64,000 bases of DNA from the human T2T-CHM13v2.0 reference genome, Homo sapiens (GCF_009914755.1 NC_060925.1); one strand, 5' to 3'; positions 31,995 through 51,243 are shown, numbered from the stretch's first letter. The notes: generated by a model not told the origin, from the letters alone. Program-made: numbers and translations.

Positions 31995-33239
31995 CACTGA
32001 AAATGAGATGTTTTCTTAAGGCATGTGTGCATCATGTCTAAAGTACCCACTTCCAGATTTAGAAAACCTAGGAAAAAACTATTTTCCCCTAGTAACAGTA
32101 TCCAGATTTTAATTTATTCATCAAAAGACTATCTAGATTCAAACCATGCAAAGCATGACTTGCTGAATTTTCAAGAGGAGGTAGTAGGGTTCTTTGTATA
32201 CAAATAATACTGGAAGGCATATTAGTTGGCCGTGTGAACTAAAATTAGTAAATAGTCATTTTCAATGTCAATGTAACCTACAAATTCAACTTCTTTTAAA
32301 AAAACCAAAGCTATCAAATAGCTTGCAAGAACTCTGAGAAGGGGGAAAAGTGAAAGCTGAAGAGTGGACATTTTTATGAACTGTGCATTTATGGAAGAAA
32401 ATTTATCTCTGTTATTGCATATTGCTTACTGCTTGGCTGGTGGATAGCACAAGGTGAATTTGGAGCTGTCTCCAATCTTTTTGTTGTATTTCTTTGACAT
32501 TCCGGTAAAGTTCATGTTTTCATGCCCAAATGGGCAAACTACAGTATGAGCCTGAAATGAGCAAGGATAGTTGTTTGCATGTAACATCATAAACATGTTC
32601 ATAAAGCTGGTTTAATTAGAAAATGCCAAACATTCGTAAATCCGAGGCTTTCTCAGTCCTCAAACAGAAAGTTCAGATTGAACTGGTAAATTCAAATCCA
32701 AACATTTACTAACTCAAGGCTGCAGAGATCTCATGCCTCTATTTTAATATATTATAATAAAATATTAAAGTTATCCCGTCATCTTACTTACAGAATGTCT
32801 GGATTTTTATAAAACCTGTGCCTGTGATAGTAAATTTGTGTTATTATCCTAGAGTCCTCAAAAACCTATAAACATTTGGTAAATACATTTAAAATTATAA
32901 TTTAACATAGTATGCCTCCGATATATTCTAGCAAGCCTTAGAGAAGAGTGTATCAAAAGTCTTTTAGAGTCAAAGCTAGCTATCTAAAATTTTTATGTTT
33001 GTATACATGAAGACCAAAAAAGGAAATTAAGTTGGAAAACTCTGAGGAAAAGCCAGCCTTTTACTTTATACCATCTTTTCCTAAGTTTATTGACCTCTGA
33101 GTGACCAAAAACTTGAGAAAACTTTGAAGAAAATTAATATTAAAGTAGAATATGTTCTCTAGGGTATTTATAAAAATATTATAAAGGATAAAGCTTTTGA
33201 TCAGAATTAATAAAAGATATTGATTATTCAAACATTAGC

Positions 33240-33460
33240 TTTTTTTTTTTTTTTTTTGGAGGCAGGGTCTCACTCTGTTGCCCAGGCTAGATTACAGTGG
33301 TGTGGTGTAATCATGACTCACTGCAGCCTCAACTTCCTAGGCTCAACTGATTCTCCCACCTCCACCTGCCAAGCAACTGATACTACAGGCACTCACCACC
33401 ATGCCTGGCTATTTTTTTTTTTAATTTATTCTAGAGACAGGGTGTCACTATGTTGCTCAT
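33240..33460 (-). mobile_element. AluJ, partial
   Basis: Right arm plus part of the left arm. Confidence 0.8.
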
Positions 33461-33526
33461 GCTGGGAAACCTTGGTTTAAACCCTGGCCCTTTCTGTTAG
33501 ATTAAATTAGCCTCAGTTCTAACTTT

Positions 33527-34910
33527 ATTTGTAAATTAGTGAGGACTCTGTTTTTATTCCCAAGACATTGTTAGAAATATCTAGATAATTTATGCAATAA
33601 TTTCAAGATGCTAGAATCTTCTGTAGAACTACTGGATGGTAATAGCATTGGTAGACAGGATATGTGCATAATGAAGATTTAATATTATAAGAGATATATT
33701 CTTTCCTTTATAAAATAGAGTAAAAATGCTGATAAATAATGTCTGTGTATGGTAGTACTCAATATTTAGATTGGCTATTAAATTAATGTGTGTATTTACT
33801 TAACCAACAGAAGCAGACCTTGAACTTTATGGTGATATATTAATACATATAAAGATCAAAATCTTTATAAAAAATAATATCCTGGTATTTCTAGCTCTGA
33901 AAGTTGGAGCTCAGTGGATAATGGCAGCCACTGATTTTCTTTGAAATTTCCTTAAAATGTCATGTCTTATTCCTCTCCTGTAAAATAAGATTATTTGACT
34001 ACTGTCTATAAGAAAGCTCACATTAAAACAGCTGCATAATATCTAGGCATTATATTTGTATTCCACATTAATAGATGGCAGTGATATGCAAGTAATTTGA
34101 GGAGAACTCAGATAAGCTCAAGAATTATCAAAATCATTATGAATAATTAAGGTAGAAAACCCTGGAAAAATCTTCCTCAAGGTTTTGGTTGAGTAGTTTT
34201 GGGTTTTCTTAAAAACCATGAGTGACTATATATTTATTCTTTGAAATAAGATTTGGAAGGATGTATGTGGTAATACTGATGGTAATATTCTGGAAGAATT
34301 GGCTTGATTATGGGATAAAATAGCCATATACAGTCAGTTCTGTTATAATATGACATACAGAGTCCTAAAAATCACTACACTATGCAAGTGGAGACAAAGT
34401 GGTTAGGGGCACTACTCTCAAAAACATGGTCAGTAACACACAAAAAAGTGATAAAACTAGGTTTCAAATACTATAATGAATATAGCACTTTACCTTGAAA
34501 AAATCCTAAAGTTTCCTTGTGGTAGAGGGCATCAGACTAATTTGTAAGTGTATTTTGAATTGATAGAAGGAGGGTTATTTAAAAGCGGATAGAATGTTGT
34601 TACAACAGGCATGTTGGGTGTGGCTAATAACACTCATGCAGTGAACTGAGGCAGCTGGTAGATGTTTGAGGTGTATCTGAATATGAACATCTTGTATATT
34701 CAACATGGCTTGGTGAGTAGAGTTTCCTTTGTTCATTTAGTGTTTATTACAGATGAAATTTGTAAATTAGTGAGGACTCTGTTTTTATTCCCAAGACATT
34801 GTTAGAAATATCTAGATAATTTGTGAAATATTTTCAAGATGCTAGAATCTTCTATAAAACTACTGGATGATAATAGCATTGATAGACAGGATATGTGAGT
34901 AGTGAAGGTT
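33527..34910 (+). repeat. Dispersed direct duplication, 153 bp: 33527-33679 and 34758-34910
   Basis: Ungapped alignment at offset 1231, about 11 mismatches by hand count. Confidence 0.92.
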
Positions 34911-35018
34911 GTGCATAAGGAAACACAGATTTTGTGTTATGTGCAAATTGTTACCTAAAATAAATCAATTGCAGTAGAACATTAAAGTTTTCAAAGCAAA
35001 TATTATAACAGAACTGAC
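34331..35018. mobile_element. Tigger-family (Tigger13a-like) DNA transposon relic
   Basis: Perfect 18-bp inverted repeat GTCAGTTCTGTTATAATA at 34333-34350 and 35001-35018, preceded by TA. Confidence 0.7.
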
Positions 35019-35522
35019 CTTACTACCAATCTGATATAGTTAGATTTGCCCATTAGAAAGAAGTTTGCATTATTAGCCAATTAAATGCAAAAACTTCATT
35101 TACATTTGAACATTTTCCTGATTTTCTTTTGGAAGTAGTTAATTGGGTCTCAAAACTGACATGAATAAAATAAAAAAAAACTAGTACTTAAGTTCTCAAG
35201 CTAACCTACTAAAATCAATTTTACTGTTTGATTTTGTTACTTTTGTTACTCTTATGAGCTAGATTTTGATTAGCAGTAACATTTTTTTTCGATTGGGACA
35301 TCAGTTCTCAATTCTAAGTTGAGGTGCGAGACCACAATTCTGCTGTAATTTGAAGTTTGGATTCCTAATTTGTTCTTTTATCTTCCATATTTTAGCACAG
35401 TGGAGATTTGTTTACTTCTGTGAAGGTGGCTCCAAGGCAGTGCTGCCACTTATGGTTGCTCAAACTGTTACCCAATTACCTGTCACTTGTTATCGCTGAT
35501 TTGTAGCTGTTTCATAAAATTT

Positions 35523-35538
35523 CCAGTAGATGGCAGTA
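35523..35538 (+). promoter_or_regulatory. Candidate CTCF motif
   Basis: CCAGTAGATGGCAGTA in apparently non-repeat sequence. Confidence 0.4.
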
Positions 35539-35789
35539 GAGTTTCTTCAATAAAGGACTCCCTTTCTAATTTGTGGAAGTCATTTGTATAGGCTATTGTC
35601 ATGGTTACTGTTCCCAGTTTGTACAGTCAAGTTCTGTGGAAATGGGTGCCCAAGAAGACCAGAGTAGAGTACTCCAAAATGTGATACCCACACTAGAGGC
35701 TCCTCTTAATCAGCCCTAAGGCCAAGTTCTTAGGAAACCACTGTGGTGGTTGGAGAATCAGGTGGGAAGTAGGAATGATTTTTAGATTC

Positions 35790-35950
35790 AGCCTGGACAT
35801 CTGGAGGAGATGAATGGCAGATTGAACACAAGCATCTAATTATACTCCTCCCAGAAACTCCACCAAACCTACTAAAGGTGTTTTATTTTAAAGACATGAT
35901 CCATCAAGGATATGGAGAACGAGAAAGAAGAAAACAGCCATACACACACA

Positions 35951-36004
<54 letters not shown>

Positions 36005-37500
36005 AAGCTGAAAAGCAAATAGAGTGTGGCAAATGACATAGCTTACTTAAGAAAGCCAAATCTTAACTTGGCTATGAAGAAGGCTAAAAATGAAGCTGAC
36101 CTTTACCACAGAATCTTTAAATAGCTCAGGAATTGAGCCAGACATATGTGGTAGCAGATCCCCAGGTCTCCTCCTCTTCCCCATTCCACTGAACAACTGT
36201 TCTTCCTACCTATACCTCCACCTTAGTATAAGACTCCAAGTATACTCTTTGGAGGGAAAAAAAAAAGCCCAAGTATCTTTGGATTGGGAGATACTAGGCA
36301 AAATTGAGAACAGGGCATTTTACCACATATGAGGGAATTAGGTGAATATGTGCACGCTGAATGATGGGACTCCTCCACCTTTCTTCTCTCACTTGCCTTT
36401 ACCCTACAGGCAGGAGATTAGTAGAATACCCCTTGGTGTATTTAGCCCAAGAAGAAAGATCTAAGAATACCAACTTTCCCAAGATTAGTGGACATCTGAA
36501 GAAAAGCCTGAAAGAGAGAGACTAAAACATACAAAAAAAGAAGAAGAAGAAAAGAAAAAGAAAAAAGGGAAAAAACAACTTGGAGGTAGAGACTAGGCAG
36601 GGAACAGAAAACTTTAAAAAAATGATTGATATCCTCAGAAAGATAGGATGTTACATACATGAAACAAGAACAGAATGTTTTACAAAGTTGAGCTTTTGTC
36701 TACTAAAAAATTAGAATATAAAACTCAATATAAGGGTTGGAAAATGGAATTGAGAAAATAGAAAGTGGAGAGAAAAAAAAGATAAAATAATGAGAGGACC
36801 AGTCTAGGAAGTTGAATATCAAAACAACAATTCCAGAAAAAGGGAAAGAAAGGGAGCAAAACCCTAGCAAAATAATTTCAGGAAATTTCCCACCACTGAA
36901 AGATATGTGTTTCCAGATTGAAAGGGCTTACTGAGTTCCCATGACAAGTCACATTTCATGAAATTCTAAATTGTCTCTAGTGACAAGAGACAGTCTTACA
37001 AACCTGCAAAAAAAGGGAAATTGGAGTACATACAAAGGATCAGAAAGGCTGCGGACTTACAATAAGCAATATCAGAAGCTAGAGAACAATGAGGAATGCC
37101 CTCAAAATTCTGAAGGAAATTTTTTTCCAGTCCAGAATTGTATATTTAGCTGTAAACTATTAGTCAAATTTGAGAATAGCATAAAGACATTTTCAGACAT
37201 GCAAGACTCAAAAAAGATTACCTCCTACACATCATTTTTCCTGAAGCTAATGAAAGATATGTTTTACTAAGAATGAGGACAGGAGATCTAGCACAGGGGA
37301 GAGAAAAAGGGAACTTTTAGTAGAATGCTAAAGACAGAACCAAGTTTAATAGCTCGGTACAAGATGTAGAATAAAGACAGCCAGTTCAGACTGGAGCAGC
37401 TGATAAGGCTGTAGCGAGACTTTCCAAGAACACAAAATTGATAAGTTAACTCAATCAGCGGAAACAATAGGAAGCGCATTTGTGGTTGAATTAACAATAA
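35790..37500 (+). mobile_element. Degenerate old L1M 5'/ORF1 relic
   Basis: A-rich ORF1-like remnants (e.g. ORF 36971-37270); boundaries approximate. Confidence 0.5.
35942..36000. repeat. (CA)n microsatellite
   Basis: Near-perfect CA run with one interruption. Confidence 0.95.
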
Positions 37501-38163
37501 GCATATAGATATCTAAGCAAATGAATAATACAAGAGAACACTATAAGAGAAACAAAAAAGTAGCTCAGGACAAAGAGAACACTTCTATAGCACTTTTTAT
37601 CATATTGGGCACTTTACATATATGAATTTTTTAATCCTTGTAAACCCAAGAGGTAGATAATGTTACAATGAATATTTTATGGATAAGGAAACTGAGGCAT
37701 AGAGAGGTGAAGTAACTTGCCTAAATAGCTAGACAGCCATTAAGTGGCAAAGATAGGCTTTGAACCCTGGAAGTATGCCTTCAAGATCTATGCTCCTGAC
37801 CACTATGCTACAGTCTACATAGGATTTACTCTGTGGCTGGAGTCTAAATAACGTACATAGTCATAATATTGTTTGCCTTTACCAAAATTATTATGTAACT
37901 ATATAGGGAAGGTGAGAGAATAGGAGTATGTATGCACCTACTGGGATGGTGATGGAGGAGGAAGGATTCACATTCTCATCTTTCATAGTGGAAAGTCAAT
38001 AGATAATGTCTAAAATAGAGAAATTTTAAAGTATCAACAAAGCAATATTATTCAATATTTGATGTTAACTACCAAAACAATTGGCTAAGAGAGGTAAAAG
38101 TGGTTGCTTCTGCAGAAGGAAATGTGTTAAAAGAGGAGGGCTGGGTATTGCTGTTTGTTTTAA

Positions 38164-38371
<208 letters not shown>

Positions 38372-39718
38372 AAGGGCATTAATTCCTTAGCTTTTAGGGA
38401 TTTAAATGGGAGGGCATATTACATTGATGACGACAGGTGGGTTTCACACTACTAAAATATACTGTTTTTAAAATTAGCTAAGTCTTTTCTCATTCTATAG
38501 TCACTTGTAGTAAGATATTAAGTTAGCCTTTAAAACAGCTTAGTTTTTCCTTATCTAAGGTAAGGAAGATAAATTGAATCTGACAAAACAAGACTAAAAA
38601 CTTCTTGGCGTTTTCAGGTTAAATTATTATAATCTAATAGACAATAAAAACAACCTCTATTGGATGCTTCAGGAATGTTTTAAGAAGATATTTTCTTCTC
38701 TTTGTCTCTTTGTTAAATAAAAATTCAGCTGAAATAATGCTAAAGAACAAGTTTTCTGCAGACCATAAATGCTGTGCCTATGATTTAATGTATCATTTTG
38801 ATTGTTTATATTTCTGCCGATGAATTCAAAACCCAGGGACCACGATAGTAAAATACATAAGAATTAATTCCACATAGGTCTCTTGTAGACTCACAGCAAC
38901 CTTTGCTCACGTGAGAAGATCCAAAAGTGGAGTTTTTATACCTAGGTTAGGAATATTTTTACTGTGTCTCTTGCAGTGTCATATAAATAGAATTCAGAAA
39001 ATGTCAGTAAGAAAAATTATCTGTATGTAAGTCGTTTTATTTTACAGTTTTCCAAGTAGTATTGGTGGTGAGCCTAGCAAATATTAGGCTAACAAAATAA
39101 TTCTCTTGCAGCTTTTAAAGTACCGCAGCTTCCTACTTTAGATTACAGATTTGCCAGTGATCTGCATGAAAATGAAATAAATAAAACATGATCTACAGGG
39201 TTATTGGACAAGTGTTATGTTTCAAACTGTCATTTTATGAATTCAAACTACTTTCTAATGTTCTATTATTTGGCCTCATGGTAAGATTTTCTTTATCTCT
39301 TTTTCCCCCAAAATATTGGGGAAATTATTATGTTTACAATATTTTTTTTGACTGAGATTCAGTATTTTTAGTGTTTCTCTGTGAAGTAAAGCAAGCTTCT
39401 GTGCTTGTTCAATACTAGTTGTAACATCTTATTTGATTTGAAGTGGTAGGCATCACAGATACTTATAAAACTAAAAACAGCTTCCTCTCACTTTATTTAT
39501 TTATTTATTTTTTATTATACTTTAAGTTTTAGGGTACATGTGCACATTGTGCAGGTTAGTTACATATGTATACATGTGCCATGCTGGTGCGCTGCACCCA
39601 CTAACTCGTCATCTAGCATTAGGTATATCTCCCAATGCTATCCCTCCCCCCTCCCCCCACCCCACCACAGTCCCCAGAGTGTGATATTCCCCTTCCTGTG
39701 TCCATGTGATCTCATTGT

Positions 39719-43573
<3,855 letters not shown>

Positions 43574-43609
43574 TTAGTTGATGCAGTTTCTGCCTAGTCT
43601 CGATGGTCT

Positions 43610-44626
43610 TTACATTTTGGCATGATTTTGCAGCGGCTGGTACCGGTTGTTCCTTTCCATGTTTAGCACTTCCTTCAGGAGCTCTTTTAGGGCAGACCTG
43701 GTGGTGACAAAATCAGTCAGCATTTGCTTGTCTGTAAAGTATTTTGTTTCTCCTTCACTTATGAAGCTTAGTTTGGCTGGATATGAAATTCTGGGTTGAA
43801 AATTCTTTTCTTTAAGAATGTTGAATATTGGCCCCCACACTCTTCTGGCTTGTAGGATTTCTGCCGAGAGATCCGCTGTTAGTCTGATGGGCTTCCCTTT
43901 GAGGGTAACCCAACCTTTTTCTCTGGCTGCCCTTAACATTTTTTCCTTCATTTCAACTTTGGTGAATCTGACAATTATGTGTCTTGGAGTTGCTCTTCTC
44001 GAGGAGTATCTTTATGGCGTTCTCTGTATTTCCTGAATCTGAACGTTGGCCTGCCTTGCTAGATTGGGGAAGTTCTCCTGGATAATATCCTGCAGTGTGT
44101 TTTCCAACTTGGTTCCATTCTCCCCATCACTTTCAGGTACACCAATCAGACGTAGATTTGGTCTTTTCACATAGTCCCATATTTCTTGGAGGCTTTGCTC
44201 ATTTCTTTTTATTCTTTTTTCTCTAAACTTCCCTTCTCTCTTCATTTCATTCATTTCATCTTCCATTGCTGATACCCTTTCTTCCAGTTGATCGTATCGG
44301 CTCCTGAGGCTTCTGCATTCTTCACGTAGTTCTCGAGCCTTGGTTTTCAGCTCCATCAGCTCCTTTAATCACTTCTCTGTATTAGTTATTCTAGTTATAC
44401 ATTCTTCTAAATTTTTTTCAAAGTTTTCAACTTCTTTGCCTTTGGATTGAATGTCCTCCCGTAGCTCAGAGTAATTTGATCGTCTGAAGCCTTCTTCTCT
44501 CAGCTCGTCAAAGTCATTCTCCATCCAGCTTTGTTCTGTTGCTGATGAGGAACTGCGTTCCTTTGGAGGAGGAGAGACGCTCTGCGTTTTAGAGTTTCCA
44601 GTTTTTCTGTTCCGTTTTTTCTCCAT
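43610..44626 (-). pseudogene. L1 ORF1, full 339-codon frame with two nonsense codons
   Basis: 1017 nt with no frameshift. TGA at 44369-44371 (codon 86, EK*LKE) and TAA at 44012-44014 (codon 205, RTP*RYS). Confidence 0.93.
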
Positions 44627-45530
44627 CTTTGTGGTTTTATCTACTTTTGGTCTTTGATGATGGTGATGTACAGATGGGTTTTCGGTGTGGATGTCCTTTC
44701 TGTTTGTTAGTTTTCCTTCTAACAGACAGGACCCTCAGCTGCAGGTCTGTTGGAATACCCTGCCATGTGAGGTGTCAGTGTGCCCCTGCTGGGGGGTGCC
44801 TCCCAGTTAGGCTGCTCGGGGGTCAGGGGTCAGGGACCCACTTGAGGAGGCAGTCTGCCGGTTCTCAGATCTCCAGCTGCGTGCTGGGAGAACCACTGCT
44901 CTCTTCAAAGCTGTCAGACAGGGACATTTAAGTCTGCAGAGGTTACTGCTGTCTTTTTGTTTGTCTGTGCCCTGCCCCCAGAGGTGGAGCCTACAGGGGC
45001 AGGCAGGCCTCCTTGAGCTGTGGTGGGCTCCACCCAGTTCGAGCTTCCCGGCTGCTTTGTTTGCCTAAGCAAGCCTGGGCAATGGTGGGCACCCTCCCCC
45101 AGCCTCGCTGCCGCCTTGCAGTTTGATCTCAGACTGCTGTGCTAGCAATCAGCGAGACTCCGTGGGCGTAGGACCCTCCGAGCCAGGTGTGGGATATAGT
45201 CTCGTGGTGCGCCGTTTTTTAAGCCGGTCTGAAAAGCGCAATATTTGGGTGGGAGTGACCTGATTTTCCAGGTGCGTCCGTCACCCCTTTCTTTGACTGG
45301 GAGAGGGAACTCCCTGACCCCTTGCGCTTCCCAGGTGAGGCAATGCCTCGCCCTGCTTTGGCTCGCACACGGTGCGCGCACCCACTGACCTGCGCCCACT
45401 GTCTGGCACTCCCTAGTGAGATGAACCCGGTACCTCAGATGGAAATGCAGAAATCACCCGTCTTCTGCCTCGCTCACGCTGGGAGCTGTAGACCGGAGCT
45501 GTTCCTATTCGGCCATCTTGGCTCCTCCCC
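44627..45530. promoter_or_regulatory. L1 5'UTR: sense promoter (- strand) and antisense promoter (+ strand, same direction as RASAL2)
   Basis: CpG-rich L1 5'UTR, YY1 motif at 45511-45520. + strand donor-like sites CAG|GT at 45187, 45272 and 45335. Confidence 0.75.
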
Positions 45531-45789
45531 TCACTTTATTATTATGACTATTTAATTCGTAAAATTTACTCAATTTAGAAACTAAGTTAAAACCAAAATG
45601 GCACACTTGAGTTATTCCCAGTTAAGCTCTCATTCACTGAGTCAGTTAACATCCTCTTCGGTAACAAGCACATTCTAAGTTTTCAGTATATCAGCTGGTT
45701 TTTAGCAGATTGTGAAAGTTTTGACACGTTAGTGGCTATCTCCATTCTTCACCAACCTTTTCTAAAAAGTACTTTATCTGTGCACAATA

Positions 45790-46097
<308 letters not shown>

Positions 46098-46204
46098 TCA
46101 ATAATTTTTTAATAATTTTTTCAATACCCTGAAATCTGGCTTTATTTGCCACTGAAATTACCCCCAACTATCAGAGATTTGATAATAAGTTTCATAACTT
46201 CATT

Positions 46205-46844
<640 letters not shown>

Positions 46845-48993
46845 AAGTTTCATAACTTTAGTCCTCATCACCTTCTAACTCTCTTCGTGGTTTTTAATGA
46901 TCGACTTCCCTTTAAAGCTTCTCTTTCTTGACTTCTGTGACATTTTTTCCTCTATTGCTTATGTCCTGCCTCACCGTACTTTTTAAAATATTTCCCACTT
47001 TTTAAATGCAGATGTCTAAAGGTCTTATCCTTACCCTTTTTCTTTTGCTTTGTCCTTTCTCAGTAGTTGACTTCACCTATATTCATGTTTCCAAATGTCA
47101 TCCCTGGGCCAGTACCTTTTAAATCTCTATTTTTGGCTTCCTCGTCTCTTCTCAGTTCCAGACCTGAATTCCCAACTGGTCGTCTGTACTAGAATGTTCA
47201 AAACTGAAGCCATTATCTTTGATTAGTTTCCCTTCTTTGTTCCTTCCCTCCCCAACAACCTGTTCTCATGTGGTGGTTGGTTCTGTTAATATGACCACCA
47301 TCCTTCTAGTCATTCTAACTTTACATTACTCTTTTATTTCTACCTAAATATCTGAATAGCTACTCATATATCTTTTCCTGTTTCCATTTTTATCCTTCTG
47401 TATTAACTCATTTCACTGCTCTTTTGTCATCTTAGAGCACTAATTGAATCATACTACTTTCCTTGTTTAAACACTTTTACTGTATCTCCACTGATCTATA
47501 AGATGAGGTTCAAATTTACAGTGACACTAAACGTCCTATATATTCTGACTGAGAGTTAGCTCTTTAAGATCATCTTTTTTCTTTTTACCCACCACAGGTA
47601 TGTATTCTGGGTTCTGGCCACATAGGACTGCTTCAGATTCCCTAGGCATTCTCAATACACATGGGCTTTTGTTCACATAGGGCATAAACCTGGAATATCT
47701 TGCTCTGTTTTTCCACCTTCATTTCTACCTTCTGTATGTAGAAATCCCATTTATCCTAAGGGACCAATAAGATATTAACTCTTGGCAATCTTTTTCTTCA
47801 TTCACTAATCAGAATTCATTAGCATTTTTGTTTGTGATAAACAGTACTTTTTGTACTTCTGATATTTGGATGTATGTTCTTATGTTTTCAGTAAGTTGTT
47901 GGTATGTGTCATCTTTACTAGATTGGAACCTCTTAGATGGCAAGATTGTATCTTACTCACCTTGGTATCACCATAGCAGGTTGTTTTGTACATAACTGCA
48001 GGCTGAGTGAGTGACTGATTGTTGAGCAAATGACTGATATGAGACATACTAGAGAAACTCTTTCTTGACTTTCAGGTGGAGCATGTCAAAGTGAAAAATA
48101 ATCTTAGATGTGGGTAATTTTTTTTTATCCTGAAGGGAAAACCATACCCACTTGAGAGAAAATCGTTTAGTAATGAAATTAGAGAATTACTAAATATCAT
48201 TGCACAGCCACAGGACTATAAGCAGTATAATCACAACTATTGGTTTTGATAAATACAAAGTTGGTAAATGCCATTGTCCAAGTTAACAAGTCACAGTATC
48301 AAGTGTACTTGGTTGTGAATGTCAGGTCTGAACTCCGTGCTGTTGGTTAATATCATAACCATAGTTGTGTTAGTGAGCAAGATATTTGTGTTTATTTTTA
48401 AGATTTTATTAATAGTAAATCACTTTTATTAATTTCTTATATTTATAGAGAATGATAAGAGAAAATGAAGTATCTTAATGAAAGGAAATGACCATTTTAT
48501 CCTTTTTGCTGCATTTCACAAAATGAATATTAGGTTATTTATAACAAAAACATGTATTAGGTTGTTAAGAGATTAATTAGTATATAAAAACCACACAAGA
48601 AGATTTAGCAGTTATTTCACAGATAGAGGGTTTACTTTTTCAGGAAAGAAAATGCATACCCGTAACTAGAACACATTCTGTCTGGAAGGATACCTTTACC
48701 AGTGACTGTGCTGGGTAGTGGAAAATGGCACCAGCTTTGAAGTTGTCTTAACCTGGATTCAAATTCCATATGCTCTCATCATTAACTCTGAACCTCAGCT
48801 TCCTTGTTGGATGAGATTTTTATTATGATTCAAAAGAAGAATGCAGGAGCAATAACATAAACTTTGATTTGAGCCAAACTTCAGTTCGCTCTGACTCATA
48901 AAATCATGGAACCAGTGAGATAATAGACTAGGTGTTATGTTTCTCATCTTGCTTGGACAGGTTTAAGCTATTAAAGAAATTTGAAGCTGGTCA

Positions 48994-49164
<171 letters not shown>

Positions 49165-50530
49165 TTAAAGCATTCTATCTCTGTATCTTGTGACTTTGCC
49201 CATTTGTTTTTTTCCATTTTCACTTGCACTTCCTTTCTTCTAAAGTATAGTCATAATTCACCAGTCTGTTATGTAATGAAGGTAGAAAGATGGGAGTGGG
49301 CTTGTTTACAATGCATCTTGAAATATATTTGGAGACTTGACCTAGGCCCTTGACTGCCCAGAACCTTTTCTGAAAGGAAAAATAAGTAATTCAGATAAAT
49401 TGAGCAAAATTAGCTAAATATCGTTTAATTGTACATGTGCATATGGCTCTCTTTTTAGGTAGCCCAAGATTGGCTATGCTGTTTACCAAAGCCTTTTAAG
49501 TTTACATTTCAAGCAGAAGGATTTATAAATCAGATTGGTGGAAAATCTAGTTTAATTTTATGTGCGAAACAGACTCTAACTGCCTCAAGGAATGAAGTTT
49601 TTGGCTTGTTATGACCCCCTTGGCACCCACCTGCCAACTGGTCTCTCTAGTAACAATGCTTAACCAAGAAAGCTCCCTAGTTTCTCATAAAGCTGTTGTG
49701 TTCATTGGATTGTTCTGGTTACTTTTATTTCTGTAAAATTTAAAGCCTATTTTCTTTTCCTGTTGTCTTCAGATATTTGCATGTTAACATGTTTCCTCAT
49801 TTTGATTGATATTTAATATAGCACAACAGGAAGCTTCCATTCATTTCATTTTTTAAAAAAATTCTCCTTACAACATTCCTATTTTGTCTGTGTTTGACGT
49901 GTTCTTTCTAACTCTGAAGAGTAGAGAATAACATAGGAAAAATTCAAGGTAGAAAATAGTGTCTAGAACATGAATTCACAGGATGAGAAGGAAGTAAAAG
50001 CGAGTGAATTAGAAAGAGAACTAGTAATAGAGGAAAGATAATTATCAGTTCATTTTTTCCTCTTAAAGGCCTTTAGGTTTTTTCCCTCCCACTTTAATCA
50101 GAGTAGTGCCACCGAAGAGTCAAAAACTTATTTAAACAAATCTTTTGTAATTAATTTTTAAAGGTAGGAATTGTAGAGAAGTATTCATTCAGATATATGT
50201 ATTAGGAACTAGATGAGCTAGGGATAGAGCTAATGAGATAATACATTGGGTGTGACTTAAAATAAGAAGAGAAAAAAATACATTTAAAAGCAGAATATCA
50301 TTAGCAGTGCATATAACAGTTGGATAGAAATAGCCTTGGAGTAGCCACTAAAAGCTAGAAAGTTTCATAGTGGTAGATAGGCTCCCTGAAAGAAACTGTA
50401 TGCAGAATATGAGAAAAGAGAAAATTTGGCCTCTTCTAATAAGGCTTGGCATCACTGATACAGTATAGAGTTACAGTAAAAGATGAGCTTTTATAACTAA
50501 ATGTGTTACTGCAGTTGATAAGTTAAAATT

Positions 50531-50862
50531 AGCTGGGTACCATGGCTCATGACTGTAATCCTAGCACTTTAACAGAAAGATTGCTTGAGGTCAGGTGTTT
50601 GAGACCAGCCTGGGCAACATAATGAGACCCCATCTTTACAAAAAATAAAAAAACTAGCCAGGCATGTTGGTGTGTGCCTGTAGTCCCAGCTACTTGGGAG
50701 GCAGAGGTGGGAGGATCACTTGAGCCCAGGAGTTTGATTCTACATATAGCTATGACTATATAGTCTACACTAGCTACGATTATGCTACTGCACTCCAGCC
50801 TGGGTGACAGAGCGAGCAAGACCCTGCCTCTAAAAATAAAGAAATGAATTAATAAATAAATA
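50531..50862 (+). mobile_element. AluJ with a short internal duplication
   Basis: tctacatatagctatgactat / tctacactagctacgattat at ~50739-50783. Confidence 0.8.
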
Positions 50863-51243
50863 AGAATTTTTTTTAACTTTCCCAAGAAAAATTAATTTTG
50901 CAGAATCTCATGTACCCATGTAAAAGGCTGGATTATATGTTTTCCACATTAGAAAGAATGAATCATATATCAAAGGTATATGGTATCAGTTCCCATCAGG
51001 GAATAAGAGAATAGGTTCAAAATTTCATTAGCAGAAATCTACCTCCCTCATAATTATCCCTCATAAGTGAGAATAATAAGTGGATTTTCAAAAGAAATGT
51101 TTTTAGACTCTAAGAAGTCACCTTTTAGTATGTATGTGTCTTTCAAAATTTATTGTATACTATTTACATTTTATTTATAATAATGCTCTGCTATTTCAGA
51201 ATTGATTATTGTACTAAAAGTTTATGTCTCAGAAAATATCTAA

